Shown: one piece after another, positions 27,112 through 36,699 of the stretch | Numbering within the stretch: the stretch's first letter is position 1 | Layout: the number at the start of each line of letters is the position of its first letter | Assembly (NCBI GenBank): GCA_900767605.1 | Contig: CAAFZT010000010.1 | Location: 171-64,170 of the forward strand | Reading direction: 5' to 3' | DNA: 64,000 nt | From: Bacilli bacterium | GTDB taxonomy: Bacteria; Bacillota_I; Bacilli_A; RFN20; CAG-826 | The notes under the pieces: generated by a model | What the model was told of the DNA's origin: nothing | The model's database searches: none | What the model saw: the letters and a program-made list of their open reading frames with translations, nothing else | Program-made: the position numbers and the translations under genes

Positions 27112-30100
27112 ATGGTTAAGTATTCTTATGAAAATGATTCTTTCGTTATCGAAGACTTTCAGAACGCCAAAACGTTCGCTTCTTTTCTTCCTGCAGTTGC
27201 GGGGGTAGACGGGAAGCCTTTGTGGGCCTTTTATTGCAACCAAGGACAAGGTCTATCTTCCTTTGGAGTTACGGGGAAAGATACCCCGATTACCCCATTT
27301 GATTCTGCAACTCTTGCCTATCAAAATATTGCCCTTAAGTCTTTCCGTACCTTTTTGAAATGGAACGGAAAAGCCTATACCCCCTTCTTGGGGGAAGCCG
27401 CCTGCAAGCGTACGATGCGGATTCGGGCATCGGAATTCTCCATCGAAGAAGAAAATGATGCCTATCGGATGGAAATCGTATATTCCACGGTTTCTCATGC
27501 CTCCTTCCCCGCGCTTCTTCGCCAAGTAAAATTGACCAACAAAACCAAGGAAAAAGCACGGGTTGAAATCCTCGATGGGCTACCAGTCTTTTTCCCACAT
27601 GGCTTAAGCAACGTCGTTTATAAGGAAATGGTCTTTTTGATGGCCGCTTATTGTGTCGTTCGTGGTAACGAGCATAACCAACCATTTGTTAAATTCAAGA
27701 CGTCGACGGGGGATAACCCCATCGTCACCGAATCCAAGGATGGGCATGGCTTTGCCGCGGTGGATCAAAACGGATCTTTCTTAAAAACGATCGTGGATCC
27801 CTCCTGCGTGTTTGGTTATGACCCCTCTCTTATGACGGCTCATCCGTTTATGGATCAGGACAGTTTGCAATTTGAAGGACAGACCCAACAAACCGAAAAT
27901 AAATTGCCTTGCGCCTTCGTGCATAAAGAAGTGGAGATCGAAGGAGAGGGGTCTTATTCCTTTGCCGAAATCTACGGCATGTGGGATGACGAAGCCAAAT
28001 TCCAAGAAGTTTTGAAGGATTTTGGCGTTCAAAAGGCTGAAGAATATCGAAAACAGACCGCCTTGCTTTTGAAAGAACTAGAAAAACCAGCAGAAGTGCA
28101 TACGGGTTACCCTGTTTTTGACCGTTACGTGAAACAAAGCTATTTGGATAATGGCCTTCGTGGCGGATTCCCCATGCTTCTACCTAACGGCCAAGTATAT
28201 TACGTCTACGGCCGTAAGCACGGCGATATGGAGCGGGACTATAACGCCTTCCAGATGCCGGCTCGTTATTATTCGAGCGGCCCCGGCAATTTCCGCGATG
28301 TGAATCAAAATCGCCGCAGCGACCTTTATTTCCACCCCTACGTTGGGGATTATAATATCCAACTCTTTTTCTCCCTTATCCAAATGGATGGGCAGAACCC
28401 TCTTAATGTGAAACCCAACGTTTTCGTCTTAAACGAAGATGCGAACCTTTCCTTTTTGAATGGAGTTCCCCACGAAAAAGAAATTCGATCGATTTTAAAA
28501 GGATTTGAACCCAGCACCCTTTATACCTATCTACGGGATACCGTATATGAAAATAAGGGGGACGTGGATGCGTTATTCCATAAAATCCTCTGCGTTTGTC
28601 ATCAAGAAGCCCAAGCCAATTTTGCCGAAGGTTATTGGGTAGATCACTGGGATTACAATCTGGATTTGTTGGAAGCTTATTCTTCCGTTTATCCCGACAA
28701 AGAAGAAAATCTCTTCTTTGGGACGAAATACCCCTATTTCTATTCCCCGATTTACGTGGAACCTCGCAGCGAAAAATATTGCCTGAACCCTGATGGGAAC
28801 CCCCGTCAATATGGGGCCATCGACTTAAAGGCCGCCAAAGATTATTGCGATTCCACGGGATTTGATATGGGCGCCACCCATTGGCTGGTGGATGAAAATG
28901 GCCTGCGTGTTACCTCCACTTTAGCGGAAAAAATCATTCATTTAATCTGCGTGAAATTCTCTACGTTAGATAGCCAGCAAATTGGCATTGAAATGGAATG
29001 TGAAAAACCAGGTTGGAACGATGCGATGAACGGCTTGCCGGGCTTATTCGCCTCCTCCATTCCCGAAACCGTGGAATTACTTCGTTTGGTCCGTTACGCC
29101 AAGAAGCATTTCGCTCCTTTTGCCGATAAATCTCTTTCTTTCCTTCCTAAGCAAGCCGAACTTTTTGAAGGCTTAAAGTCGAACCTCGCAGCGAAAAAGA
29201 ACGGGACTGTGGATTCGTTTACCTATTGGGATCATGTGACCAGTCTTCGCGAAGAATTACGCCTTGCATATCGATATCACGCGGAATCGAATCGAACCCT
29301 AATTCCGATGTCAGAAGCCTTAAGCCTATTGGAGGAAATGGAAGAAATCCTTAGCCAAGGCTTAAAAGAAGCCAAAGCCATGGGGAAGGGTATTTTGCCC
29401 ACCTATTTGATTCACAACGTGGATCGTTACGAAAAATTGGGTCGCAAAAACCATCTTGGATTTGAAACGATTCGAGCTCTTTCCTTCCAAACCGTCCTGG
29501 TTCCCTCGTTCCTTGAAGGGCCGGCTAGAGCCTTTAAACTCCATGATGGGACGATGGGAGAAGAAGATTATCAAGCAATCCGCCATTCCGAACTTCATGA
29601 CCCCAAATTAGGATTCTATAAAACCAGCGCTTCTTTGGATGATGCCCCCTTTGAAATTGGCCGCGTCCACGCCTTTACGAAAGGCTGGCTAGAAAGGGAA
29701 TGCAACTTCCTTCACATGACCTATAAGTATTTGCTGGGTCTATTAAAAGATGAACGCTATGAGGATTTCTACCAAGAAGCGAAGGTGAATTTCGTTTGCT
29801 TCATGGATCCGCATGTCTACGGAAGAGACCCCGCGGAAGCGAGTTCCTTCCTTGTTCCTAGCAATAACCCCGATTCTTCCAAGTGGGGTCAGGGCTTTGA
29901 AGCTAGGCTCACCGGGGCTAATGCCGAATTCATGGAGATGGTGGTCCTTTTGTTCTTCGGAGAACATCTCTTCTCGATGGAAAATGGTCTTCTCACCTTC
30001 CATCTAGAACCCAAGCTTTCTCACGAATTCTTTGATGAGAACAAACAGGCGTCCTTCCTACTTTTAGGGAAAACCAAGGTGACGTACCATAACCCCCATG

Positions 30101-30237
30101 ATTTGGATCTCTATCAAGAGGGGGTTCACTTCGTTTATCAAATCGAAGGAAAATCGTATTCCTGCGTTTGCGGCGAACTCGCGGAACGGATTCGCGAAGG
30201 CAAGGTCCAAGAAATCAACGTGGAGGTCTTGTCCTAA
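27112..30237 (+). CDS. large cytoplasmic glycan phosphorylase-like enzyme (GH94/GH149/GH161-like)
   Basis: 1041 aa with no signal peptide. It has a KPGWNDAMNGLPG (DWND-type) motif and NFRDVNQNRR, and sits in a beta-1,3-glucan degradation context. Confidence 0.55.
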   Translation: MVKYSYENDSFVIEDFQNAKTFASFLPAVAGVDGKPLWAFYCNQGQGLSSFGVTGKDTPITPFDSATLAYQNIALKSFRTFLKWNGKAYTPFLGEAACKRTMRIRASEFSIEEENDAYRMEIVYSTVSHASFPALLRQVKLTNKTKEKARVEILDGLPVFFPHGLSNVVYKEMVFLMAAYCVVRGNEHNQPFVKFKTSTGDNPIVTESKDGHGFAAVDQNGSFLKTIVDPSCVFGYDPSLMTAHPFMDQDSLQFEGQTQQTENKLPCAFVHKEVEIEGEGSYSFAEIYGMWDDEAKFQEVLKDFGVQKAEEYRKQTALLLKELEKPAEVHTGYPVFDRYVKQSYLDNGLRGGFPMLLPNGQVYYVYGRKHGDMERDYNAFQMPARYYSSGPGNFRDVNQNRRSDLYFHPYVGDYNIQLFFSLIQMDGQNPLNVKPNVFVLNEDANLSFLNGVPHEKEIRSILKGFEPSTLYTYLRDTVYENKGDVDALFHKILCVCHQEAQANFAEGYWVDHWDYNLDLLEAYSSVYPDKEENLFFGTKYPYFYSPIYVEPRSEKYCLNPDGNPRQYGAIDLKAAKDYCDSTGFDMGATHWLVDENGLRVTSTLAEKIIHLICVKFSTLDSQQIGIEMECEKPGWNDAMNGLPGLFASSIPETVELLRLVRYAKKHFAPFADKSLSFLPKQAELFEGLKSNLAAKKNGTVDSFTYWDHVTSLREELRLAYRYHAESNRTLIPMSEALSLLEEMEEILSQGLKEAKAMGKGILPTYLIHNVDRYEKLGRKNHLGFETIRALSFQTVLVPSFLEGPARAFKLHDGTMGEEDYQAIRHSELHDPKLGFYKTSASLDDAPFEIGRVHAFTKGWLERECNFLHMTYKYLLGLLKDERYEDFYQEAKVNFVCFMDPHVYGRDPAEASSFLVPSNNPDSSKWGQGFEARLTGANAEFMEMVVLLFFGEHLFSMENGLLTFHLEPKLSHEFFDENKQASFLLLGKTKVTYHNPHDLDLYQEGVHFVYQIEGKSYSCVCGELAERIREGKVQEINVEVLS

Positions 30238-31253
30238 TGAAACCCAATTCGCTATTTGCCGTCGCCGTTTTGTCCATCGGACTATCCGCGTGCACCATTA
30301 CGAAAATCCAAAATTCCTCCTCTTCCTTTTCTTCTGACAAGGCAGATACGGGTGAGGGAACTTCTACAGTAGAGGGGTCTTCCGTTTCTTCCGAATCCAT
30401 TTCGTCTTCTTCCGATGAGTCGATTTCTTCAAAAGAATCTTCGTCTTCCTCGATTAGCTCCTCTTCTAGTTCTTGCGATACCACGCCAAAATCCGATTAT
30501 GTTCCGGATGGAGCAAAATTAAGTTTCCAAGATGAATTCGATGGGAACGCCCTTAATACCTCGATTTGGGAACCGATGATTGGAAATGGAACCCAATATG
30601 GAATATGGGAATGGGGAAATGCCGAGAGGCAATATTACCAAAAAGAAAACGCCACGGTGGAAGAAGGACGGCTTTTGATTACGGCCAAGAAGCAACAGGT
30701 GGGCGATTACGCTTATACCAGCGCTCGACTTCGGACCAAGGGGCGTGTTGCCTTCTCCCGAAATTCCTATATCGAAGCCCGGATTAAAATGCCCGCGATT
30801 CCAGGAATGTGGCCTGCTTTTTGGATGTTGCCAGAAGATAATTTCGAAGGCAAAGGCTGGCCAACAAGTGGAGAAATCGACATCATGGAAGCCCGTGGCC
30901 GCGTGGATAATCAAACGAGCGGAGCCTTGCATTACGCCCAGAATAGCGCGGGCAACCATACTTACAAAACAGCCTCGATGACGATGGATTCCATCACGAA
31001 CTGGCATTGTTATTCCGTTCTTTGGAGCAATACTTCCATCGTTTGGATGGTGGATGGCCTCTCCTTTTTGACGGTCTCTAGTTCGACGTGGGGCGAGGGG
31101 TATAGCCAGAAAGACGGAGCCCCCTTTAATCGCCCCTTCCACCTTCTTTTGAATTTGGCAGTTGGAGGAAATTTCGATGGAGGCGTTTTGCCCCCGTCGG
31201 ATTTTGTGTCCGCTGCGATGGAAATCGATTATGTTCGGGGGTATTCCTTATGA
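30237..31253 (+). CDS. GH16 laminarinase-type lipoprotein
   Basis: Start trimmed to MKPNSLFAVAVLSIGLSACT, followed by a Ser-rich linker. The catalytic motif is GEIDIMEARG. Confidence 0.85.
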   Translation: MKPNSLFAVAVLSIGLSACTITKIQNSSSSFSSDKADTGEGTSTVEGSSVSSESISSSSDESISSKESSSSSISSSSSSCDTTPKSDYVPDGAKLSFQDEFDGNALNTSIWEPMIGNGTQYGIWEWGNAERQYYQKENATVEEGRLLITAKKQQVGDYAYTSARLRTKGRVAFSRNSYIEARIKMPAIPGMWPAFWMLPEDNFEGKGWPTSGEIDIMEARGRVDNQTSGALHYAQNSAGNHTYKTASMTMDSITNWHCYSVLWSNTSIVWMVDGLSFLTVSSSTWGEGYSQKDGAPFNRPFHLLLNLAVGGNFDGGVLPPSDFVSAAMEIDYVRGYSL

Positions 31254-32086
31254 AAAAAGGGGCGTTAGCGATTCTCCCCTTAGCCCTTGTTAGCTGTGCG
31301 AATGGGCCTATTGAACCCGAATTTCCCGAATTCGATGGGATGAGTTTAGTTTGGAACGATGAATTCGACGGCGACTCCCTCAGCGAAGAGAATTGGAATT
31401 ACGAAGTCGGCGGAGGCGGATGGGGCAATTCCGAACTCCAGTATTACACCAAAGGCGAAAACGTAAGCGTCGCCGATGGGGTTTTGACGATCACAGCGAG
31501 AAGAGAAACTAAAGACGGGTATTCTTTTACCTCCAGCCGTATCACGACGCGCAAAAAAGCCTTTACCACCTATGGCCGTATTGAAGCACGGATTAAACTA
31601 TCCGCCCAAAATGCCATGTGGCCTGCTTTTTGGATGATGCCAGAAGCCAATAATGGCTGGCCCACCTGTGGAGAAATCGACATCATGGAGAACAAGGGAT
31701 CCTCCAGCACGACGACCTCCAGCGCTTTGCATTATACCGACCGCAATGGCAATCACGCTTATCAGGCCGGCGCCTATTCCTTTTCTGAGCGAAACGGGGA
31801 GGGAACCATTGAAGATTGGCATACGTATTACCTGATTTGGAACGAAGAACAGATGGATTTTTACGTGGATGACCATTTGAAATTGACGGTTCCAAGAAGA
31901 ACGTGGCATCCAGAAGGCGGGAAAACCTATCCTGGAGATGATGATGCTCCGTTCAACAAGGATTTTTATGTCATCCTTAATATGGCAGTAGGCGGAAATT
32001 TTGATAATGGGAGAGAACCCGATCCCAGTTTTACCTCTGCATCGATGCAAGTGGACTATGTTCGCATGTATGCTTATAACGATTAA
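31250..32086 (+). CDS. GH16 laminarinase-type lipoprotein
   Basis: Has the lipobox LALVSCANG and the catalytic motif GEIDIMENKG. An ATGA overlap links it to the upstream gene. Confidence 0.85.
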   Translation: MKKGALAILPLALVSCANGPIEPEFPEFDGMSLVWNDEFDGDSLSEENWNYEVGGGGWGNSELQYYTKGENVSVADGVLTITARRETKDGYSFTSSRITTRKKAFTTYGRIEARIKLSAQNAMWPAFWMMPEANNGWPTCGEIDIMENKGSSSTTTSSALHYTDRNGNHAYQAGAYSFSERNGEGTIEDWHTYYLIWNEEQMDFYVDDHLKLTVPRRTWHPEGGKTYPGDDDAPFNKDFYVILNMAVGGNFDNGREPDPSFTSASMQVDYVRMYAYND

Positions 32087-32098
32087 AGGAGGCCGGCC

Positions 32099-33610
32099 AT
32101 GAATTTATTCCATAAGAAACACGAAGACGGCACCGCCTATAGCAAAGAAGAGATGCAGGCTTATCGGGCGGAGAAAGCCGCGAGAAGAATAGAAGCTGTT
32201 AAGCGCGAAAAAACGGACTGGGAAAAAGAAGAAGAGGCGAGAAAACTGCGCAACGCGAATTACTATTCGGTTTTAGCCCAGGCGAAAAAAGAAAAGAAGG
32301 AAGAACATGTAGCCCCTGAAAATGCATTTCTATCCTGCTGCCATATCAATAAAATCTACGCCAATCGCGTTCAAGCCGTGTCGGATTTTAATCTTGACGT
32401 CAAAGAAGGGGAATTCCTTGTTTTAGTCGGCCCCTCGGGATGTGGCAAATCCACGACGTTACGCATGATCGCGGGACTAGAAGACATCACTAGCGGCGAA
32501 CTCTTTATCGATGGACGTTACGTCAACAAAGTAGAACCCAAGAAGAGGCGGGTGGCGATGGTTTTCCAATCTTATGCCCTTTACCCCCATATGAGCGTCT
32601 ATGAAAACATGGCGTTCGGTTTAGAGGGAACGAAAGAAGAAAGAATGGGCGAAGATGGGAAAATGCACGAGGTACGTCTATCGAAATCTGAAATTCATGA
32701 TCGCGTCCAGAAAGCCTCGGAAGCCCTTCAAATCGTCGAATACCTTGATCGTAAGCCCACTCAACTTTCCGGTGGACAATGCCAACGCGTTGCTTTAGGA
32801 AGGGCGTATGTGCGGAATGCGAAAATCTTCCTTTTGGATGAGCCATTGTCCAATTTGGATGCCAAACTCCGCGTTCAGATGCGCAGCGAACTCGTCCGTC
32901 TTCATCAAAATCTATCCAACACGATGGTTTATGTGACCCACGACCAAACCGAAGCTATGACGATGGCGGATCGCATCGTCGTCATGAAACTAGGGCAAAT
33001 CCAACAAATTGGAACCCCGCGCCAAATTTATGATCATCCTGCAAACGTATTCGTGGCTACCTTTATTGGCAATCCTTCCATGAACATCGTGAAGGCCCAT
33101 TACCGGGATGGCGTTCTTTCTATTGGAGATTTTGCTTACCCCCTTACGGAAGAACAAATTCAGCTTCATGATCGGTTCTATCAGGCCCGCGTTGACGAAA
33201 AGAAGAAGCAACGCGACGCGATTGCGTCGAACCTCGCGGAATTAGTGGATAGCAAATCCAAAATATCCAAGCATTCTTTGGAAGTAAGCTTAGCCGCGTT
33301 AGAAGAAGACATTCACCATTCCGAAAGCGTGCTAGAAAGCAAAGAACACGATATCTATTTTGGCATTCGCCCGGAGGATATTGGATACCACGTGGAAGAA
33401 AAAGACGGGATGCATCTATTGGAAATGACCGTCCAAACCTCCGAATTGCTCGGCGCGGATTATATCCTTCATTTCCTGTGGAACGGGAACAAGGTGGAGG
33501 CAAAATGTCCCGCGGATCGGAAAATGCAACCGGGCAGCAAAATCCAAGTTCGATTCAAAGAATCCAAAATTCACCTCTTTGACGACAAAAGCGAAGACGC
33601 GATTTTCTAA
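32099..33610 (+). CDS. sugar ABC transporter ATP-binding protein (MsmK/MalK-like) with charged N-terminal extension
   Basis: Carries [23 protein letters not shown] and [14 protein letters not shown]. About 85 aa of K/E-rich sequence precede the ABC core. Confidence 0.85.
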   Translation: MNLFHKKHEDGTAYSKEEMQAYRAEKAARRIEAVKREKTDWEKEEEARKLRNANYYSVLAQAKKEKKEEHVAPENAFLSCCHINKIYANRVQAVSDFNLDVKEGEFLVLVGPSGCGKSTTLRMIAGLEDITSGELFIDGRYVNKVEPKKRRVAMVFQSYALYPHMSVYENMAFGLEGTKEERMGEDGKMHEVRLSKSEIHDRVQKASEALQIVEYLDRKPTQLSGGQCQRVALGRAYVRNAKIFLLDEPLSNLDAKLRVQMRSELVRLHQNLSNTMVYVTHDQTEAMTMADRIVVMKLGQIQQIGTPRQIYDHPANVFVATFIGNPSMNIVKAHYRDGVLSIGDFAYPLTEEQIQLHDRFYQARVDEKKKQRDAIASNLAELVDSKSKISKHSLEVSLAALEEDIHHSESVLESKEHDIYFGIRPEDIGYHVEEKDGMHLLEMTVQTSELLGADYILHFLWNGNKVEAKCPADRKMQPGSKIQVRFKESKIHLFDDKSEDAIF

Positions 33611-33625
33611 CGGGCTTTTCTCCGG

Positions 33626-34924
33626 TTATTTGATTCGCAAAGAAACGATTTCGTCTTTTTGAATATTGAAGGAATAGTTTTGGTTTTTCCATGAAAAGCA
33701 AAGATGGTTTTCTTTGCTTTTTTCGTTAAACGCGACGAAAGATAAACTTCCATCAGGATTCATTGCTGCAACACATAAAAGACCCTTCTCCGATTTGACG
33801 GGGATCATAGAACAACCGGGATCTAAAAAGACACTGAGGTGCTTAATCGCATAATAAGAGGGATTGATTTTGATAGCGTCTCCGTTTCGCATCAAAGGAG
33901 CTTCGCAATAATTGCCAACATGATTGGGGCCGCCTTTTTCGTCTAACAAGACGTTCCAATCGAGGAATCCGTTGCTGCCATATTGGAGGTCTAGGAGATA
34001 ATTTCTTGCATAACGAAGCGCGCTGGCCCATATGGCTTTTTCGTTATTTAAATACCCTTTGGGCAAATTCAAAATCTCGATGCACCCTTCCGTGAAGAGG
34101 TATTCCTTGCTGGGATATTTCTCCCGGCATCTAGCAATTTCCTTGTTTTTATCCCCATCATACCAGTGGTAAGCAACCCCATAAGTGGCTTGCTCCACTT
34201 CGGGATCTTTGAATAGGTTTTGAATTCGTCGGAGCATGACATCGCGGTTATGGTCCCATACATAGAGGTGGGTTGAGGGGAGCCGTTTGTGCAGTAGAAG
34301 CACCATACGTCCCTCCTCTTTTTCGTCAAAACGGCAAGATTCCCACGTCTGGGTTGCTTCCGGCTCATTTTGAATCGTTAAGGCGGAGATGGGATAGCCT
34401 AGTTTTTCCATTTCCTGGCAGTAATGAGCGATATAGTCCGCATGTTTTTCGTAACAATCGGACTTTAATTTCCCGCCATGGCATTTATCGTTATTGGTTT
34501 TCCATTTGGCTAAAGGAGACCAGCAACTGGCCATGAGGCTCAATTGTTTGTTGGAAAAAGCATCACGAAGGAAGGGAAAGATGTGCTGCTTATCATAAGC
34601 AAGGTCAAAGTCGCTTAAATCTTCCTTGGAACTGTAATCATAAAGGACGGGAGAAAAGTCACAGCTTCCGATGGTGAGCCTTCCTAGGTTGTAACGAAGC
34701 CCGTCTTCTCCGTAAAGAAGATCGATGACCTTTTGCTTGTTCTCGTTGCTCAGGGATTCATAGACGGCTGCACTAGAAGCGGTGATGGCGCCTCCAAAAC
34801 CCTTGATGGTTTGCCGAGGGTTCTTCTCGTCGATAAAGGTATTGACGGGTTCCTTGGAATCCACTCGAATTTCTTTTTCTGCAAAACGATGGGAAAAGTC
34901 ACTGAATACTGCTTTTATCTTCAT
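33626..34924 (-). CDS. GH30 glycosidase (beta-1,6-glucanase/glucosylceramidase-like), cytoplasmic
   Basis: Has ALTIQNEPEA (acid/base) and LFTEGC (nucleophile). No signal peptide is present. Confidence 0.75.
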   Translation of the reverse strand: MKIKAVFSDFSHRFAEKEIRVDSKEPVNTFIDEKNPRQTIKGFGGAITASSAAVYESLSNENKQKVIDLLYGEDGLRYNLGRLTIGSCDFSPVLYDYSSKEDLSDFDLAYDKQHIFPFLRDAFSNKQLSLMASCWSPLAKWKTNNDKCHGGKLKSDCYEKHADYIAHYCQEMEKLGYPISALTIQNEPEATQTWESCRFDEKEEGRMVLLLHKRLPSTHLYVWDHNRDVMLRRIQNLFKDPEVEQATYGVAYHWYDGDKNKEIARCREKYPSKEYLFTEGCIEILNLPKGYLNNEKAIWASALRYARNYLLDLQYGSNGFLDWNVLLDEKGGPNHVGNYCEAPLMRNGDAIKINPSYYAIKHLSVFLDPGCSMIPVKSEKGLLCVAAMNPDGSLSFVAFNEKSKENHLCFSWKNQNYSFNIQKDEIVSLRIK

Positions 34925-35059
34925 GGAAAACGCTCCTTTGATATGGTCCTTATTTGTCTTGATAAGCTTCGCTTAAATACCGCCGTTATTTTATCATTAG
35001 AGAACGTTTGCTGGTCCAAAATTTTAAAAAACCGCTGATAAAGTGTGGTGGGACCCCCT

Positions 35060-35170
35060 CAACGAAAACTCAAAACAAAATACCACGAAAACTCAAAACG
35101 AAACGCAACGAAAATTCAAAACAAAATACAACGAAAATTCAAAACGAAATGCAACGAAAACTAAAAATTA
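35060..35170. repeat. A-rich tandem repeat: 23-nt units alternating in a 46-nt super-unit
   Basis: The units are caacgaaaactcaaaacaaaata / ccacgaaaactcaaaacgaaacg / caacgaaaattcaaaacaaaata / caacgaaaattcaaaacgaaatg, plus a partial fifth unit. Confidence 0.9.
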
Positions 35171-35219
35171 GGTTTTAAATATTCGATGAATTCAATATAA
35201 TTCATACAAAGGTAATTTT

Positions 35220-36500
35220 ATGTATAAAGAGCGTATTATTGATCGGGTATTAGATGATGTGACGTCCGTTTTTAATGCCGTAAATATCGTCGGTCCAAAA
35301 GGCTGTGGCAAAACCACGACTGCCAAACAAAGGGCAAAAACCATCATTGAGTTTCAAAATGAAGAAGAAAGAGAAAACCTCTTAATGATTGCCTCCACTT
35401 CCCCTATTCAATTTTTAAAGGATCCTAAGCCTATACTTTTCGATGAATGGCAGGACGCTCCAAAAATTTGGGGCACGATTCGAAAGGACTGTGATGACCA
35501 CCCCGAGGATGTTGGATCCTATTACTTGACGGGTTCGAGTTCGGCAAAAGTTGATACGCCACACACAGGCACCCTACGGATTGCGACTATACGAATGAAT
35601 CCTATGAGCCTATATGAGCTAGGACATTCGAATGGAGAGGTCAGCCTCCGAGAACTGTTTGCCAATCCCGCCTCTTTTTCTGGATGCAAATCCAACATGA
35701 AAATCGAGGATGTTATTAATGCCATATGTGTAGGCGGGTGGCCTAGGGCCATACAATTTGGTGATGTTCATTTGCAACAGATGATCGCCAAAGAACTTTT
35801 TAAACAAACGTATTCAGTAGATGTTTCCCGGGTAGATAAAACCAACAGGAATCCGATGCTGGCGAAAGCAATCCTCCAGTCTTATTCCCGAAACATTTGT
35901 ACTTTAGCGGAATTAAAAACAATCTACGCGGACGTCAAAAGAAACTTCAGCGTTTCCGATGCCACTATTTCCGACTATATTCGTGCCTTGTCGGATCTTT
36001 ACATTGTTGAGGATATCGACGCGTGGTGTCCTGCAATTCGTAGCAAGTCCAATTTAAGAAGTGGAAAGAAACGAAATCTTGTCGACCCGTCCATTGCGGT
36101 TGCCGCTTTGGGACTGTCGCCAGAATATTTCTATCGTGATTTCAAGACTTTGGGATTTTTGTTTGAGTCGCTATGCATTCGCGATTTAAAAATCTATTCT
36201 CAACCGCAAAATGGCGTGATGTCTTATTACCATGATCGATACGGTTTAGAAGCAGACGGCGTTTTGCATTTAGAGGATGGGCGTTACGCGTTAATTGAAT
36301 TTAAATTAGGCGGGAATGAAATTGACAAAGGCGCCGAGCATCTTTGCGAAATAGAAAGACTGATCGAAACTTATAATGAAAAAGAAAAACAATGCCCCCT
36401 TTTAAAGCCAACCCTAAAAATGGTTATTACGGCCACGGAATATGGGTATCGGCGCGACGACGGGGTTCTTGTTATCCCTATTGGTTGCTTGAAACACTAG
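35220..36500 (+). CDS. AAA ATPase (AAA_14 + DUF4143-type)
   Basis: Has VGPKGCGKTT (Walker A), ILFDEWQD (Walker B) and YYLTGSSS. Length is 426 aa. Confidence 0.8.
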   Translation: MYKERIIDRVLDDVTSVFNAVNIVGPKGCGKTTTAKQRAKTIIEFQNEEERENLLMIASTSPIQFLKDPKPILFDEWQDAPKIWGTIRKDCDDHPEDVGSYYLTGSSSAKVDTPHTGTLRIATIRMNPMSLYELGHSNGEVSLRELFANPASFSGCKSNMKIEDVINAICVGGWPRAIQFGDVHLQQMIAKELFKQTYSVDVSRVDKTNRNPMLAKAILQSYSRNICTLAELKTIYADVKRNFSVSDATISDYIRALSDLYIVEDIDAWCPAIRSKSNLRSGKKRNLVDPSIAVAALGLSPEYFYRDFKTLGFLFESLCIRDLKIYSQPQNGVMSYYHDRYGLEADGVLHLEDGRYALIEFKLGGNEIDKGAEHLCEIERLIETYNEKEKQCPLLKPTLKMVITATEYGYRRDDGVLVIPIGCLKH

Positions 36501-36628
36501 CCTTTCGAGGAACGGGGTTTGCTGCCCATGGTGCCGTCTACGACAACTAAAACCCTGGGTCACGGAAGAACAAGTTATCTCGATGGTAATCGAGTAATTT
36601 CTGTTTGATAAGAACGGTTTAGAATTTT

Positions 36629-36661
36629 AATTAGGTATAAATTGGCAAAAAATACCTAATT
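36629..36661. promoter_or_regulatory. 10-bp inverted repeat upstream of fic
   Basis: AATTAGGTAT-13 nt-ATACCTAATT, ending 39 nt before ATG 36700. It could be an operator or a terminator-like hairpin. Confidence 0.3.
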
Positions 36662-36699
36662 GGAATTGTATTTTAAGGATTGGCCATTAGAATAAGGGC

